DNA of 33,707 nucleotides from an uncultured Nitrososphaeraceae archaeon (GTDB lineage Archaea; Thermoproteota; Nitrososphaeria; Nitrososphaerales; Nitrososphaeraceae): positions 1 through 33,707 of the forward strand of contig CAWGVG010000004.1 of assembly GCA_963825865.1 (NCBI GenBank), given 5' to 3'. A program made the position numbers and the translations under genes. Of the stretch, positions 31,932 through 33,707 are shown in pieces. Position 1 is the first letter of the stretch. Every line of letters starts with the position of its first letter. Under the pieces are notes generated by a model. The model was not told the DNA's origin. It was given only the letters and a program-made list of their open reading frames with translations, and ran no database searches.

Positions 31932-33668
31932 TTAATGCTTTACCACATTCACTTTAAACTGCCTTGAGTATAATCCATACAGCCGCCTCTCATATTTTTT
32001 CAGCTCTTCTGGGGACATGAGCAGATGGTATTCAACCCCATCTATAAGGGAGTGCATAAGCCTTCCTACTCTTTGAAGTTGCTGTCTTCTTGACCCCCCA
32101 AGGAAGTCAAGTTCAATTATATTTTTTACATCTGGCATATCCATTCCTTCATCAAATATTCTGCTGCAAATGAACCTCTGATTATTATTTAGTGCGTCTA
32201 TTCTCTCCTTCAAACTATGCTCTCCATATATGAACGGAATTCCAGTAAGCCTGGATGCCTCTTCACCTATAGCCAGACTATCACAGAATACAACAGTATT
32301 ACCTTTCAAAGTTTGAAGTAGAGATTGTAGAAAAGATAGCTTTACAGGTGTAATATGCAGATCTATCTCGGGTTTTTTAACCCATCCTTCCTCGAAGAGC
32401 CTATCCCAATCACTTCCATAAGGGTAGCCTGAAAGTACATAAATTAACTCAGAGTGGCCATCCTCTCTGTAAGGGCTACCTGACAATCCTAACCTGTAAT
32501 CTGCATCTAAAAAAGCAAGCCTAGAATAGGTGTTAGCTGGAAAGTGATGGCACTCATCAAAGACAAGAAGTCTGAATCGCTCGTCTGTCAGATGTGTTAA
32601 AGCACTTTCATATGTGGATATTATTATATCTGCGTATCTTTTGGCTGTGTCTCTTCTACTAGCTCCTCCATACAATAATGCTAACCGAGGCAGTGTGTTA
32701 TTGTTAATGTTAATGTTATTGCTATTTTTCTTTTTGAGAAGATGCTCTTCAATATATTTTTGCCATACTGCTATATGAGAAACCGATGGTACTACTACTA
32801 GAGTCCTATCTGATATGCAAGAGATAGCCTGTACTCCAAATAGTGTTTTACCAGCACCAAAAGGGTAGACAAGTGTCATTGCGCCATGCCTTATGAAGAA
32901 ATCCATCGCTTCTTGTTGGTATGGTCTTAGTTTAATATCAGTAAGCCATTTCCACGATTGTTGATTTTTTACCATTCTTGGTGTCCATGGAATAACGCCA
33001 TCGGATACTAGCTTGGAAGCAAGATTAAACCTAGCAGAAGCTGTGGATTTGACTCGTATTCCGATACCTTTTTCCTTTCTTAGCAGATGCTCCCTGTATC
33101 TTATCCAGGCATCTTCAAGCTCAAATTCATTGCCTACAAGGTAATCACCGTTCTGTAATATTTTGATCGAATAATACCTAGGGGATAAGTCAAAGTCTTC
33201 TTTAAGATTGTCCGGAACTAATCCAGACCAAGGAGCGTATCTATCGACTCGAAAAATGTTGTAGGTTTCAGTCTGTGATTCCAACCACCCTGCTCTAAAA
33301 CCAGTCCATTTGGGAGATATCAACAGGTAAGCTTTTTCTTCTTTATAATTTCCTTGGGGAATAACTGCGTACGGCCTGTCCATAAATTCCTTGAAGCGTT
33401 CGTCTCTTGTTAGAAGCGAAGTGTTACCGTCTATAATATACTCTTGGCACTTTCCAGCCTGTATTCCAACATACACTCGATTATATACAAACTGAGGCTG
33501 ATTCTTCTTGGCTTTTATCGATACAACGTTACGCTCTTTTACTCTAATTTGTCCATGTCGTGATGATGATGATGATGATGATAATGGTAATTGCTTCTGC
33601 TTCTTCTTTTCCTCCATCTCTTGTGGCAATAAATTTGCATCCTCATCTCTGGGGCCCTGGTTGACCAA
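31932..33668 (-). CDS. XPB/Rad25-like SF2 DNA helicase
   Basis: LRPYQ, PFGAGKT, FDECHH, LGLSGSPYREDG (RED motif), IFDEGMD and QRVGR. Confidence 0.88.
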   Translation of the reverse strand: MVNQGPRDEDANLLPQEMEEKKKQKQLPLSSSSSSSRHGQIRVKERNVVSIKAKKNQPQFVYNRVYVGIQAGKCQEYIIDGNTSLLTRDERFKEFMDRPYAVIPQGNYKEEKAYLLISPKWTGFRAGWLESQTETYNIFRVDRYAPWSGLVPDNLKEDFDLSPRYYSIKILQNGDYLVGNEFELEDAWIRYREHLLRKEKGIGIRVKSTASARFNLASKLVSDGVIPWTPRMVKNQQSWKWLTDIKLRPYQQEAMDFFIRHGAMTLVYPFGAGKTLFGVQAISCISDRTLVVVPSVSHIAVWQKYIEEHLLKKKNSNNININNNTLPRLALLYGGASRRDTAKRYADIIISTYESALTHLTDERFRLLVFDECHHFPANTYSRLAFLDADYRLGLSGSPYREDGHSELIYVLSGYPYGSDWDRLFEEGWVKKPEIDLHITPVKLSFLQSLLQTLKGNTVVFCDSLAIGEEASRLTGIPFIYGEHSLKERIDALNNNQRFICSRIFDEGMDMPDVKNIIELDFLGGSRRQQLQRVGRLMHSLIDGVEYHLLMSPEELKKYERRLYGLYSRQFKVNVVKH

Positions 33669-33707
33669 CTAACATTGAGAGTTGACCAACTGCTATTATA
33701 TGAGTCT

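Overview
AT-rich accessory region with many poly-Ser/Gln/Asn tracts. It most likely comes from a soil ammonia-oxidising archaeon (Nitrososphaeraceae); this is inferred from the CFI-box-CTERM protein and the style of the histidine kinases and hypothetical proteins, not from a marker gene. Intact-looking genes: a TVGYG K+ channel with a Zn-ribbon tail, a SnoaL-like cyclase (plus a second, near-intact one), a HdeD/DUF308 membrane protein, a CFI-box-CTERM surface protein, a terminase-large-subunit-like ATPase/nuclease and an XPB-like SF2 helicase. There are three IS elements: two near-identical IS481 copies, each with its own 6-bp TSD, and one IS5-like element. Many genes are broken by 1-bp indels, which may be sequencing artefacts, and many short true remnants are present (integrases, IS630, a second terminase tail, XPB, DinG/XPD, beta-lactamase-type hydrolase, TPR, SIR2, HEPN). 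The most interesting signal is an orphan terminase module with no recognisable portal or capsid genes. It has a second decayed copy, integrase and replication-type remnants, and a surface-protein cassette bounded by diverged direct repeats, which suggests a capsid-less integrative or satellite-type element family. No rRNA, tRNA or CRISPR array was seen. All family calls come from motif recognition by eye; no searches were run.
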